Shown here: positions 1 to 8,189 of the stretch, one piece after another
Layout of the letters: the number at the start of each line of letters is the position of its first letter
How positions within the stretch are numbered: the first letter of the stretch is position 1
NCBI GenBank assembly: GCA_964455675.1
Contig: CAYVYK010000012.1
Location: 1 to 51,622 of the forward strand
Source: an uncultured Methanosarcinales archaeon
GTDB taxonomy: Archaea > Nanobdellota > Nanobdellia > Woesearchaeales > CAYVYK01
Direction of reading: 5' to 3'
DNA length: 51,622 nt
Made by a program: the position numbers and the translations under genes
The notes under the pieces: model-generated
Databases searched by the model: none
What the model saw: the letters and a program-made list of their open reading frames with translations, nothing else
Told to the model about the DNA's origin: nothing

Positions 1-2
1 GC

Positions 3-89
3 CTCAAAGACGCGATCGAAAACTTCGGAAAAGCACCACCACCAAAAGCAGCGGCTGGCGCACCACCTCCAACCGGAGCTAAAACATGA
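3..89 (+). CDS. 3' end of a gene truncated by the window edge (Pro/Ala-rich tail)
   Basis: Open frame LKDAIENFGKAPPPKAAAGAPPPTGAKT*; its TGA overlaps the next ATG (ATGA at 86-89), as expected in an operon. Confidence 0.6.
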   Translation, partial: LKDAIENFGKAPPPKAAAGAPPPTGAKT

Positions 90-607
90 AACAAGCAAAG
101 GAATCGTGGTACAAACAGTTTGATCCTGTCGTCCTCGTTATTGGAATCCCTATCATGACGATGATCGTCTTCCTCAGCCATAGGTACCTTGTCATACCAT
201 TATCCGTGAACTATCGACTGGGACAAACCGGTGCCTATATCGCGGACGCAGTCATCGCGATCTTCTTCTTTGGAGGCTGGACGTATCTTTCTCGAACCAA
301 AGTTATCATCGAGGAAATAGATCTTGAAGAGGATGCTGAACGTAGAATCAGTTTTGAGCAAAAAGGACCAGAAATCACTCAGATCCTCAGCGAAAGTGAA
401 GCACGCGGCAGGATTGAGGGACTATTCCAGTATATCAAGGAAAGAATCGCAGACGAAGACTGGGATGACGCTTGGGCATACTACGAAGAGCTCGATGGAT
501 TCGTCACGAACGCACATATCAGCAATAAAAAGGAGTACTATGAAAAGCTTTATCAACTCAAAGAGCGTATAGAACAAGGACAGGCAAAGGAAGAAAGCAA
601 GCTGTGA
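86..607 (+). CDS. Hypothetical membrane protein (2 TM segments plus C-terminal three-helix module)
   Basis: 173-aa ORF with two hydrophobic segments; coupled to both neighbours; C-terminal module shared with the ORFs at 2263 and 18941. Confidence 0.75.
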   Translation: MKQAKESWYKQFDPVVLVIGIPIMTMIVFLSHRYLVIPLSVNYRLGQTGAYIADAVIAIFFFGGWTYLSRTKVIIEEIDLEEDAERRISFEQKGPEITQILSESEARGRIEGLFQYIKERIADEDWDDAWAYYEELDGFVTNAHISNKKEYYEKLYQLKERIEQGQAKEESKL

Positions 608-2202
608 ACCACATGGAATTCGAACGAGACATATACCGGAGAAAGATCAGGAACAGAATCATCGGAGCTATCATCCTTCTCTCGCTCGTCGTCGTGATCC
701 ACTATTTCTTCAAGCCGCAAGTCACGGGCTACGTTGTTGCCCCGTTTAACATCGTCAACCTCAATGTCCCAGTGTTCGAAAGCACCAGCCTGGAAATTGG
801 ACCACAATATGAGGGACAGCCGCTCGAAATCCATAACTTCCGGGTATCAGGAAAAATCGCGGGCGAGGGACAGGTGACGGTCACGCTCAACGACGGCAAG
901 CAAAGCTACGTCGTATATGATCGAACACACGAACAAAAGAATACGAAAGCACCACTCATCGGAATGGTCGTTAAGGAGCCTGACGCAGAAGGAATCATGA
1001 TTGACCGCAGCGCCATGAAGATATCCGAGGACGGCAAAACAATCGATGGGCTTTACCTCAACAACAGAAACGATGAAAGCCACGCACTCCTTGAAAGCAT
1101 GAGGTTCACGTGGGGCAGCCAAAACCAGCATGTCACCAAGATACGGCTGGGATCACGAGATATCTTCTACGATGCAAAGGGGACGGCTGGCGCATCACAT
1201 GGAGAAGAGATCAAGGGCAGCTCGCAAACCATACGCAAGCGCGAAGGAGTACCACTTGTCATCACCTTTTCCGAGCCGATAGGAACAGATGTTGTGACGG
1301 TAGAACTTGGGTATCGATGGCTCTCAAGCACGTTTCTCCTTGGAGAGCTCGTCAAGACAAGCGTTGAACTACAACAGACACAAGACGAGGTTATGATCAC
1401 CCACACGCAGTCAGAAAGCCTTGTCCTCCACGACGATTCAAGTGAACTCGATACGAGCCACACGATTATCAGCAACGTGTATCTCTACAATCCCAGCAGC
1501 TCGGACCGGATCACGATCGGAGGAATTATCCTCGGATACCCGGGAGGAGGACAACTCGGCCTTTCCAGCAACTCGATGGTGGAACTCAATATCGACGGTA
1601 AGCAGTATCTCACTACACCAGTAGAGTTTGGACTTGAAGCAGATCTCTCCAGCATCGTCCTTGAGCCAAAGGCAACACTCAAGATTGATTCCATCAAACT
1701 ACGAGACCCAGCATTGATCGACCGATTCACACTCAAGTTCAGATTCTCAGACCAAAGCACGAAGGATTTTGAATTTGCCGTGAAAGTACCAGACAGCGTT
1801 CCAAGCATGGGAGGCACAGGTGAAGGTAATGGAGAGATCACTACCCCCGGAGCAGGGGAAACACCTGATGCAGCAGCCCCGAAACTCACCAAGCAGGCAG
1901 CAGAATCCATCGCCCTGCAGCAGACGGCAACGAGCGGCGAACCGGGAGTCAGCGGATCCGCAGTCTATGTTGTTCCAGCAGATGAAGAACCTAGCGTATT
2001 CAAGCAGCAACTAGAGACAAATCGAGGGAGATTTGAAGACTCGTACGCGAGGTCAATAGAAGAAAATACCGCAACCACGATCAGAGCATACTGCCAAGAC
2101 ACCTGCGGATTTGCAGCGCCCCTCTCATCTGACACTTATACTATTAGCATCGACGTTGAGGAAGGCGCCGCCCTCCTCGTGGAAAATATCATCTATTACT
2201 AG
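604..2202 (+). CDS. Membrane-anchored extracellular hypothetical protein with a duplicated beta-rich domain
   Basis: 532 aa; basic N-terminus followed by one TM helix; two similar beta-rich segments; C-terminal CxxxC (CQDTC). Start may be GTG 604 or ATG 613. Confidence 0.8.
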   Translation: MNHMEFERDIYRRKIRNRIIGAIILLSLVVVIHYFFKPQVTGYVVAPFNIVNLNVPVFESTSLEIGPQYEGQPLEIHNFRVSGKIAGEGQVTVTLNDGKQSYVVYDRTHEQKNTKAPLIGMVVKEPDAEGIMIDRSAMKISEDGKTIDGLYLNNRNDESHALLESMRFTWGSQNQHVTKIRLGSRDIFYDAKGTAGASHGEEIKGSSQTIRKREGVPLVITFSEPIGTDVVTVELGYRWLSSTFLLGELVKTSVELQQTQDEVMITHTQSESLVLHDDSSELDTSHTIISNVYLYNPSSSDRITIGGIILGYPGGGQLGLSSNSMVELNIDGKQYLTTPVEFGLEADLSSIVLEPKATLKIDSIKLRDPALIDRFTLKFRFSDQSTKDFEFAVKVPDSVPSMGGTGEGNGEITTPGAGETPDAAAPKLTKQAAESIALQQTATSGEPGVSGSAVYVVPADEEPSVFKQQLETNRGRFEDSYARSIEENTATTIRAYCQDTCGFAAPLSSDTYTISIDVEEGAALLVENIIYY

Positions 2203-2260
2203 GTAACATTACTAGGTAACATTACTAGGTAACACTACCTGGTAATCATACAGGGTAAGC
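2195..2260. repeat. 13-bp tandem repeat ATTACTAGGTAAC x3 plus 2 degenerate units
   Basis: Exact units at 2195-2207, 2208-2220 and 2221-2233; decayed units ACTACCTGGTAAT and ATACAGGGTAAG follow. Each exact unit contains the palindrome TTAC-N3-GTAA. Confidence 0.9.
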
Positions 2261-2262
2261 AC

Positions 2263-2745
2263 ATGCTCGTCAAGAAACCAGTCGATGAGGAAATGGAAAA
2301 CGAAATAGACCGGCTTACTGAGGAGTTCAACGAATTCAAGGCACAAGTAAGCGACGCCCGAAAAAAAGACATCGACACAACCTACATTGACATGAGACTT
2401 GCCGAGTTTCCAGCACTCGTCATGATGGTACGAGCAGCATATGAACAAGAAGAATTCGCCAAACTCAAGAAGTACGTCAAAGACCTCAAGCACGACCTTG
2501 AAGAAGCAAAAGAAGGATATCCCGTAACAAAAGCCATCATGCTCATCAGGGAAATCTACGACGACCTGCGCAAGGGTCGAGCCGAGGCAGCACTCACCGG
2601 CTACAACACATTAATGGTGTATTATAAAGCCCTTAATCCTGAACTTCGAAGGGTTGTGTACAGCGCATGTATTGACATCAGGGAGAAAATCATCGCAGGA
2701 TGGACCAGCGATCTTGAGCTCGCCAAAATTCTCGCAAGGCCATAA
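2263..2745 (+). CDS. Hypothetical all-helical protein
   Basis: 160-aa ORF; helical N-terminal half and the shared C-terminal three-helix module. Confidence 0.8.
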   Translation: MLVKKPVDEEMENEIDRLTEEFNEFKAQVSDARKKDIDTTYIDMRLAEFPALVMMVRAAYEQEEFAKLKKYVKDLKHDLEEAKEGYPVTKAIMLIREIYDDLRKGRAEAALTGYNTLMVYYKALNPELRRVVYSACIDIREKIIAGWTSDLELAKILARP

Positions 2746-2747
2746 CC

Positions 2748-3497
2748 ATGGAAGAAGATGACATCGAAACATGGTATGAGGAACAGAAAATGGTCCTTGC
2801 AAAGCAATACCAGACAGAGCTCGAAGTCTACAAGAAAAAAGGCGAGACGAACATGCGAGTGCTGAAACGAGAACTCCTCGCGATCGAGGAACGATTCAAC
2901 GAAAAGATAGCACATCTCCACCATCAGTATGAAGCTAAGCTTGTTGCACTTGAACGAAACCAGAAGCGGCAAGCGCAAAGAAAAGCACAACTCAGAAAAG
3001 CAATCAGTCCCTTCATATTGGTTGTCTCCGGAATCAAGAGAGGATTTGCCATCATGGGCGAAAACATCACCTACCGAAAACGCCAGATCAGAAAGGCGTG
3101 GATAGAGCGATGGCGGAGACGTGTCCTTCGACCAATCTGGCAGGGATGGGACCATTACCTCATCCATTGGCATCCCGTCCGAAACTGGCTCGTGCTGCAT
3201 CTTCGACCCCCTCTCCGCGTGCTCTGGAGGCCATTTGGAAAAACCATCCACTTTTTCGTCGTCCACATACTAGCACTCGTCCACCGCATCATGGACGTCA
3301 GCGTAAAGATCTCCCAAAAAGCAGTCAAAGCAGGCACGGAATATTACAAGAAAGCATTCACCTTTGCGAAAACAGCCGCAGGCTGGCTCGCAGAAAAAAT
3401 CAAAAAAGCATCCGGAACAGTGAAGGGAGCAAAGGAGCGCACCAAGGGATTCATGGCAAAGTTCTCACACAAGACTGAAGAAAAACCAGCAGCCTAA
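2748..3497 (+). CDS. Hypothetical coiled-coil / amphipathic-helix protein
   Basis: 249-aa ORF starting 2 nt after the upstream stop; N-terminal coiled coil and a W/R-rich amphipathic middle. Confidence 0.75.
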   Translation: MEEDDIETWYEEQKMVLAKQYQTELEVYKKKGETNMRVLKRELLAIEERFNEKIAHLHHQYEAKLVALERNQKRQAQRKAQLRKAISPFILVVSGIKRGFAIMGENITYRKRQIRKAWIERWRRRVLRPIWQGWDHYLIHWHPVRNWLVLHLRPPLRVLWRPFGKTIHFFVVHILALVHRIMDVSVKISQKAVKAGTEYYKKAFTFAKTAAGWLAEKIKKASGTVKGAKERTKGFMAKFSHKTEEKPAA

Positions 3498-3509
3498 AAC
3501 GCTAACTGC

Positions 3510-4157
3510 CTAAAACAGAAACTTCAACGTGAAGTACCCTATAGCAAAACCAACAAGTATACCCAGGGCAAAATCCCACAGACCCCAGAACAGCACATCC
3601 TTTCTCGTCAGCGAGGATGATGAAGGCTGCGATGAGGGAGAAGGAGTTGGATCATCATGGATTACCTTCTTCACCATCCTTTTCATCTCATCAGGATGAG
3701 ACTCAACAGCACTCACATTCGGAGAGAGAGGAACAAGACTCTGAGACTTCGTAATCTCCTCATGCTTTAGTGAGAGCTCCCGATGGTGATGCATATCCGC
3801 AAGAGAAGGGGATTCGGTATGCAACGAGGGAATGCTCAAGCTGCCCTTTGACATTGGAACACTAATCCACTGATGCACTGGAGACCTGGCTGGAGGCCTT
3901 ATTACCAGGGATAGTTCTTCAGGACTTCTTGCAGCCGCAATCTTCTCTGCAAGAACTTCGTCGTGGAAAACACCACGCACCCACGCAACAAAATCATTCC
4001 TCCCAGAGCCAGCATGATACTCATAACGCGCTACCGACAGCATTCCAGCTAACTCGGCAACAGAGTATGCAACAGCACCATCCATGAACCGGAAAGCCTG
4101 TCCTGATTCGCACCTACGATTGATATCTGAGTTTTCCATACTAGCCTCGGAGTTCAA
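3510..4157 (-). CDS. DUF5752-like domain protein with low-complexity linker and C-terminal TM anchor
   Basis: N-terminal F.F.DG...S..EL...H....NDF..WV..VF.D..LA pattern matches the adjacent 102-aa ORF; S/P-rich linker; hydrophobic C-terminus. Confidence 0.65.
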   Translation of the reverse strand: MNSEASMENSDINRRCESGQAFRFMDGAVAYSVAELAGMLSVARYEYHAGSGRNDFVAWVRGVFHDEVLAEKIAAARSPEELSLVIRPPARSPVHQWISVPMSKGSLSIPSLHTESPSLADMHHHRELSLKHEEITKSQSLVPLSPNVSAVESHPDEMKRMVKKVIHDDPTPSPSSQPSSSSLTRKDVLFWGLWDFALGILVGFAIGYFTLKFLF

Positions 4158-4462
4158 GCCTCAGCACATTTCTGCAATTCCTTCAAACGGGACGAGACCA
4201 TGCGTGACATGGAGGACTTGGCTTTTACTTTACCAAGCGCGCCACCCAGCTCATCATCCAAAATCACTTCCTGAACCCACTTCGCGAAATCATTCTTCTC
4301 AGACGTGACATGATACAAAAAGGTCTGTTTGTCCATGTCCTTTAAGGCCGCAGCAAGATCCTTCATACTATACAGACGCTTGCCACCAAAAAGCCAGAAT
4401 GATTTATCTTCGGGCACATCACGTAGCGTTTGGAGAGCCTTATCTTTGGTCACCTTCGCCAT
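4154..4462 (-). CDS. DUF5752-like small protein
   Basis: VPEDKSFWL..G..L.SMKDLA.AL..MD...F.YHV...KNDFAKWV..V..D.EL motif; GAGGTGA SD upstream (complement at 4467-4473). Confidence 0.75.
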   Translation of the reverse strand: MAKVTKDKALQTLRDVPEDKSFWLFGGKRLYSMKDLAAALKDMDKQTFLYHVTSEKNDFAKWVQEVILDDELGGALGKVKAKSSMSRMVSSRLKELQKCAEA

Positions 4463-4478
4463 TCATTCACCTCTTTTT

Positions 4479-5687
4479 TTATACTGTGATCATGCTTGGA
4501 GGAACGGCAACCTTGGCCGTCCTCCTCTTCAAATCCTGAAAAACGTTCATGAACGCAATAAATGACTCGTACGGGGAGTCATATGGATTAAAGTATTTAT
4601 GCACGTCACCATCATTGAACCATTTCGTGCACATGTAATAAAAGTGATCGCTCGTCTGTAACCTACGCCAATCCTCGATAAGCACAGGATCGTTCGTCGC
4701 TTTAATCTCCTTCTCAATCGCATAGATCTGATTGATGGCAGCCTGCTGAATCTTATTCCCGGTCCACGCGCTCAAGTCACGCTCCACATCAGCCCAGGAA
4801 ACAGGACAATGGATATCAAGCTCTCCCACAGGCTCGAATCTGTCAACAGCCTCAGACACTGTCACAAAGTCATTATGGGGGTGACTTAGCACCGCACGCG
4901 GGAAGTGACGCATGAACTCAAAAATCCCAGTGTCCTCCCACTGGTGCTCACCAAATGTCTCGTAATCCATGAACAGGTTTACGACGTTTCCATTACCATT
5001 CGCTGCGGCGAGCCACTGTGAGTATTTCGGAACAGTGAGCGGCCACTCAGACCATCCTTTATTTGAGAAACGGAACGCAATATCATCAGACAAACGGTAA
5101 TTCTTCAAGAGAAGCTTGATACTCTTTGTGGTCTTCGGACGGTAGAGGAAGTTTGGAGAACGCCAGCCAAGAATGTGATCAGCACCTTCCGCCAAAATGC
5201 CCTTATACCCCATATCTTCCACATGATACGCGAGCTCGTTATTAAAAATCAACTCGGTATTACGGAAGACTGTTGGCGTAATACCAAAAAGCTGCTTCAC
5301 CCTGCGCGAATGCTGACGCACCTGGTCACGGAACTCGTCCTTTGAGAACAAAAAGGAAAGTGAGTGATGATATGTCTCATCAAGAATGTCCACCTGCTTC
5401 GTATCGACGAGCTGCTGGAACGATCTCAGCACATCAGGATTGTATTCCTCAAACTGATCCAAGACAACACCTGAAAATGAAAAACTCACCTTGAAACGAG
5501 GATCACTCTTCAAAAGATCTAGAAGCACAGCATTCATTGGAAGATAACACTTGTTTGCAACCTTATTCAGCACTGCGCGGTTCTTCGCATCATCAAAATA
5601 ATTCGAATTCTTCCCAATATCAAAGATGGAATAGTGCCGCATACGATACGGCTGGTGTACCTGGAAATAAAAGCACACACTCACCAT
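4479..5687 (-). CDS. Glycoside hydrolase family 57 (alpha-amylase-type)
   Basis: GH57 conserved regions YFQVHQP, ETYHHS, FRNTEL (nucleophile E), FMDYETFGEHQW (acid/base D), SWAD and QTSDHFYYM. Confidence 0.93.
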   Translation of the reverse strand: MVSVCFYFQVHQPYRMRHYSIFDIGKNSNYFDDAKNRAVLNKVANKCYLPMNAVLLDLLKSDPRFKVSFSFSGVVLDQFEEYNPDVLRSFQQLVDTKQVDILDETYHHSLSFLFSKDEFRDQVRQHSRRVKQLFGITPTVFRNTELIFNNELAYHVEDMGYKGILAEGADHILGWRSPNFLYRPKTTKSIKLLLKNYRLSDDIAFRFSNKGWSEWPLTVPKYSQWLAAANGNGNVVNLFMDYETFGEHQWEDTGIFEFMRHFPRAVLSHPHNDFVTVSEAVDRFEPVGELDIHCPVSWADVERDLSAWTGNKIQQAAINQIYAIEKEIKATNDPVLIEDWRRLQTSDHFYYMCTKWFNDGDVHKYFNPYDSPYESFIAFMNVFQDLKRRTAKVAVPPSMITV

Positions 5688-5688
5688 G

Positions 5689-6909
5689 CTAGACCTCCCC
5701 CTTCACTCGCTGATACACATCAATGCATTTCCTCGCCGGCGTCTCCCATGTCATGGTGGAAAGCTCACTCCTTGAATTCTCACGAAGCTCATGATGGAGC
5801 TCGGAATGGCGAAGAACACTCACAATCATATCCGCCATCTTGTGAATGTCCCAGAAATCAACCTTCAAGCAGTTCCTGATGACTTCAGAAACCCCCGACT
5901 GCTTTGATATGAGAACAGGGCAGCCGTTCTTAATAGACTCAAGCGGAGTAATGCCAAAGGGCTCAGACACGGAAGGCATGACATACAAATCAGCCATCTG
6001 ATACGCACGGTCAAGATCTGCACCGCGCATAAAACCCGCAAAAAGCATCTTATCAGCGAGGCCAAGCTCGGTTGCCTTCTCGATCATGAAGCGCTCCATA
6101 TCACCGCTCCCCACAACAACAAACTTCACGTTAGGGTAATGATCAACAACGGCACGCGCAGCATACACAAAATAGTCCGGGCCCTTCTGCAATGTGATAC
6201 GCCCGAGGAAGAGCACGACTTTATCCGTGTCCTTAATTGGGGATGGGGCATAATTGTTGATGCCATCAACTTCAATAGCGTTATGGACGACAACAACCTT
6301 TTCGGAAGGAATGCCATAGTGCTCAACGACTTTCTGCTTCGTGTAATTGGACACTGCAATGATGCGGTCTGCATTCTCGAAACCCCAGCGCTCGATATCA
6401 TACACATACTGATTCGGATGACCACCTGTACGATCAAACTCCGTCGCGTGAATATGCAGTACGAGCGGTTTCTTGCTGACTTTCTTTGCGTTAATCCCCG
6501 CGCCATACGTCATCCAATCATGACAGTGGATGACATCAAAGTCCTCCTGCTCTGCGATGATTCTTGCGTTCTCCGCATAGCGATGGACTTCTGCATACAG
6601 ATTTGAACCATAGAGCGCACAGATTGGCTTACCACGCGAACGATGAATCTCAGTCATCGCCTTCTTGTACGACTCAGAAGTCATATAACCAACGAGCGGA
6701 GAATCAACGGTACGGAAACGGACATTCTTGAAGCTAGAAGCAGAGACCAGACGGACGTGACTAGAGGTCAAATCATCAGGAAGCTGGGGCAGAACGAATG
6801 TGACATCGGTACCTAGCGAAGAAAGAGCTTTTGTCAAGCCATAACAGGCAGTTCCAAGCCCCCCTGAGTTGTATGGCGGAAACTCCCACCCGAACATTAA
6901 CACACGCAT
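5689..6909 (-). CDS. GT4 glycosyltransferase (alpha-glucan/glycogen synthase-like)
   Basis: MRVLMFGWEFPP..GGLG, HCHDWMT, GRITLQKG and PSVSEPFGITPLE; stop 1 nt from the GH57 start. Confidence 0.92.
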   Translation of the reverse strand: MRVLMFGWEFPPYNSGGLGTACYGLTKALSSLGTDVTFVLPQLPDDLTSSHVRLVSASSFKNVRFRTVDSPLVGYMTSESYKKAMTEIHRSRGKPICALYGSNLYAEVHRYAENARIIAEQEDFDVIHCHDWMTYGAGINAKKVSKKPLVLHIHATEFDRTGGHPNQYVYDIERWGFENADRIIAVSNYTKQKVVEHYGIPSEKVVVVHNAIEVDGINNYAPSPIKDTDKVVLFLGRITLQKGPDYFVYAARAVVDHYPNVKFVVVGSGDMERFMIEKATELGLADKMLFAGFMRGADLDRAYQMADLYVMPSVSEPFGITPLESIKNGCPVLISKQSGVSEVIRNCLKVDFWDIHKMADMIVSVLRHSELHHELRENSRSELSTMTWETPARKCIDVYQRVKGEV

Positions 6910-7168
6910 TCTGTATTCTCCCGTACCTCACACTACCAATTCGCAGGCATTCAAAGCACTACCGTATTGCAGAACGATACCAATGATTCACACGAGCAAA
7001 CTCGTATTCCCTAACGTATCTTGCACATGAGTATTTTGACCTACCTTGTACTCGATAACACTAAGGCTTTTCGTTTGGCTGTGTACGCCCACACTAACGG
7101 TATCACTTTCGTGCCTTTGTCCGTTCTTCTCTTAACTCTGCAGAGTCAAAGCAAATCCCGATTAAAGA

Positions 7169-7179
7169 TTATATAAAAA
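7169..7179 (-). promoter_or_regulatory. Probable TATA box for the GT4-GH57 operon
   Basis: Reads TTTTTATATAA on the minus strand; the best TATA-like motif between it and the GT4 start at 6909. Confidence 0.45.
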
Positions 7180-7264
7180 TGTGTAAACACCATGAAGTGG
7201 TCAAGAAATCGTGATTTTTGAAGGGTACATGAGCGTGTACGTTGCATTCGGAAGGGTAGAAAAA

Positions 7265-7307
7265 TTTATATACATTTAAAGAATATATTGACATATTCAT
7301 GTCAATA
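7265..7307 (+). promoter_or_regulatory. TATA box plus perfect inverted-repeat operator upstream of the Lrp-like gene
   Basis: TTTATATA at 7265-7272 preceded by a purine-rich BRE-like run; TATTGACAT-ATTC-ATGTCAATA at 7286-7307. Confidence 0.65.
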
Positions 7308-7325
7308 ATGATCGTCTGGTGACAT

Positions 7326-7901
7326 ATGTATCGGCTCGACCCCCAAGAAAAACAGATTGTGAGTGAACTCATCCGCAATCCAAGGATATCGGACAACAAG
7401 ATCGCAACGCGCACAAAGATCCCGTTGAAGACTGTGAACCGAAAACGAAAGATCCTGGAAGAGAAAAACTACCTCTACTACATGACCTATCTCAACAACG
7501 GACGGGGAGGCCTTGAAGTATTTGGCGCGAAAAAGATGTATGTTGTCACCTTAGCATCAGGCATCACAAGAAAAGCAGTACAGCAACAGTTCAACAAGCC
7601 AAGCAAGTTTGACCGAATCACAAAGCACCTCCATATCAAAATGATCGCAGAGCGGGAGGGACATGTCTGCGTTCTCTTCATCCTGGAAAGCAGGGTGGAA
7701 GAAGATCTTGTGGAGATATTCAACGCGGAAATTGTTCCAGCACTCCATGAACTGTTTGGAGGCGGGTGCATCCGCGAAGTCCTCCACTTTGATATGAGGG
7801 ACACGGTCAGGATGTTCAACAATTACATGTTCCAGAACAATATGCGCAATGGAAAGATCAAGGATGAGTATCCCAACAATGCGATATTTGTTAGTGAATA
7901 G
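7326..7901 (+). CDS. Lrp/AsnC-like HTH transcriptional regulator
   Basis: N-terminal LDPQEKQIVSELIRNPRISDNKIATRTKIPLKTVNRKRKILEE is an AsnC-type HTH; located between divergent glycogen operons. Confidence 0.8.
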   Translation: MYRLDPQEKQIVSELIRNPRISDNKIATRTKIPLKTVNRKRKILEEKNYLYYMTYLNNGRGGLEVFGAKKMYVVTLASGITRKAVQQQFNKPSKFDRITKHLHIKMIAEREGHVCVLFILESRVEEDLVEIFNAEIVPALHELFGGGCIREVLHFDMRDTVRMFNNYMFQNNMRNGKIKDEYPNNAIFVSE

Positions 7902-8124
7902 ACGATTCCTGGTATTTCACCATCCCACCACGAACCCTGTGATAACATGTTATGACTTATACTTGGGCCGTACACGATACGCTCGTCTGAACAGCAGCTC
8001 AAAGCCTCAGGCCAACCATCAATCAATTACAGAGTTATTCGCGCGAATGGACGAGTTCTACTCCCATTACCATGATGACCGCCAATGGCAGGGCGTACAT
8101 TTTTTGATTGCTACTCTCGTGTAG

Positions 8125-8187
8125 TGTGACAAAATATAAATAGAGAAGAGCGGCCTTTTGTCCTGTTTTTGTGACAAAAAGAGGTGA
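8125..8187 (+). promoter_or_regulatory. Promoter, operator and SD of the glycogen synthase operon
   Basis: TGTGACAAAA (8125-8134), TATAAATA (8135-8142), TTTTGTC (8156-8162), palindrome TTTTTGTGACAAAAA (8166-8180) and SD GAGGTGA (8181-8187). Confidence 0.6.
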
Positions 8188-8189
8188 CC

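Noticed and set aside
2195..2260. CRISPR array
   Set aside because: Units are 13 bp, contiguous and have no spacers; no cas genes are present.
7095..7126. c-di-GMP-I riboswitch in the GT4 leader
   Set aside because: It has a GAAA-capped hairpin but lacks the rest of the consensus and the second stem.
7942..7953. Perfect palindrome ATAACATGTTAT (and ATTCGCGCGAAT near 8037)
   Set aside because: Isolated, not tied to a promoter or repeated; could arise by chance.
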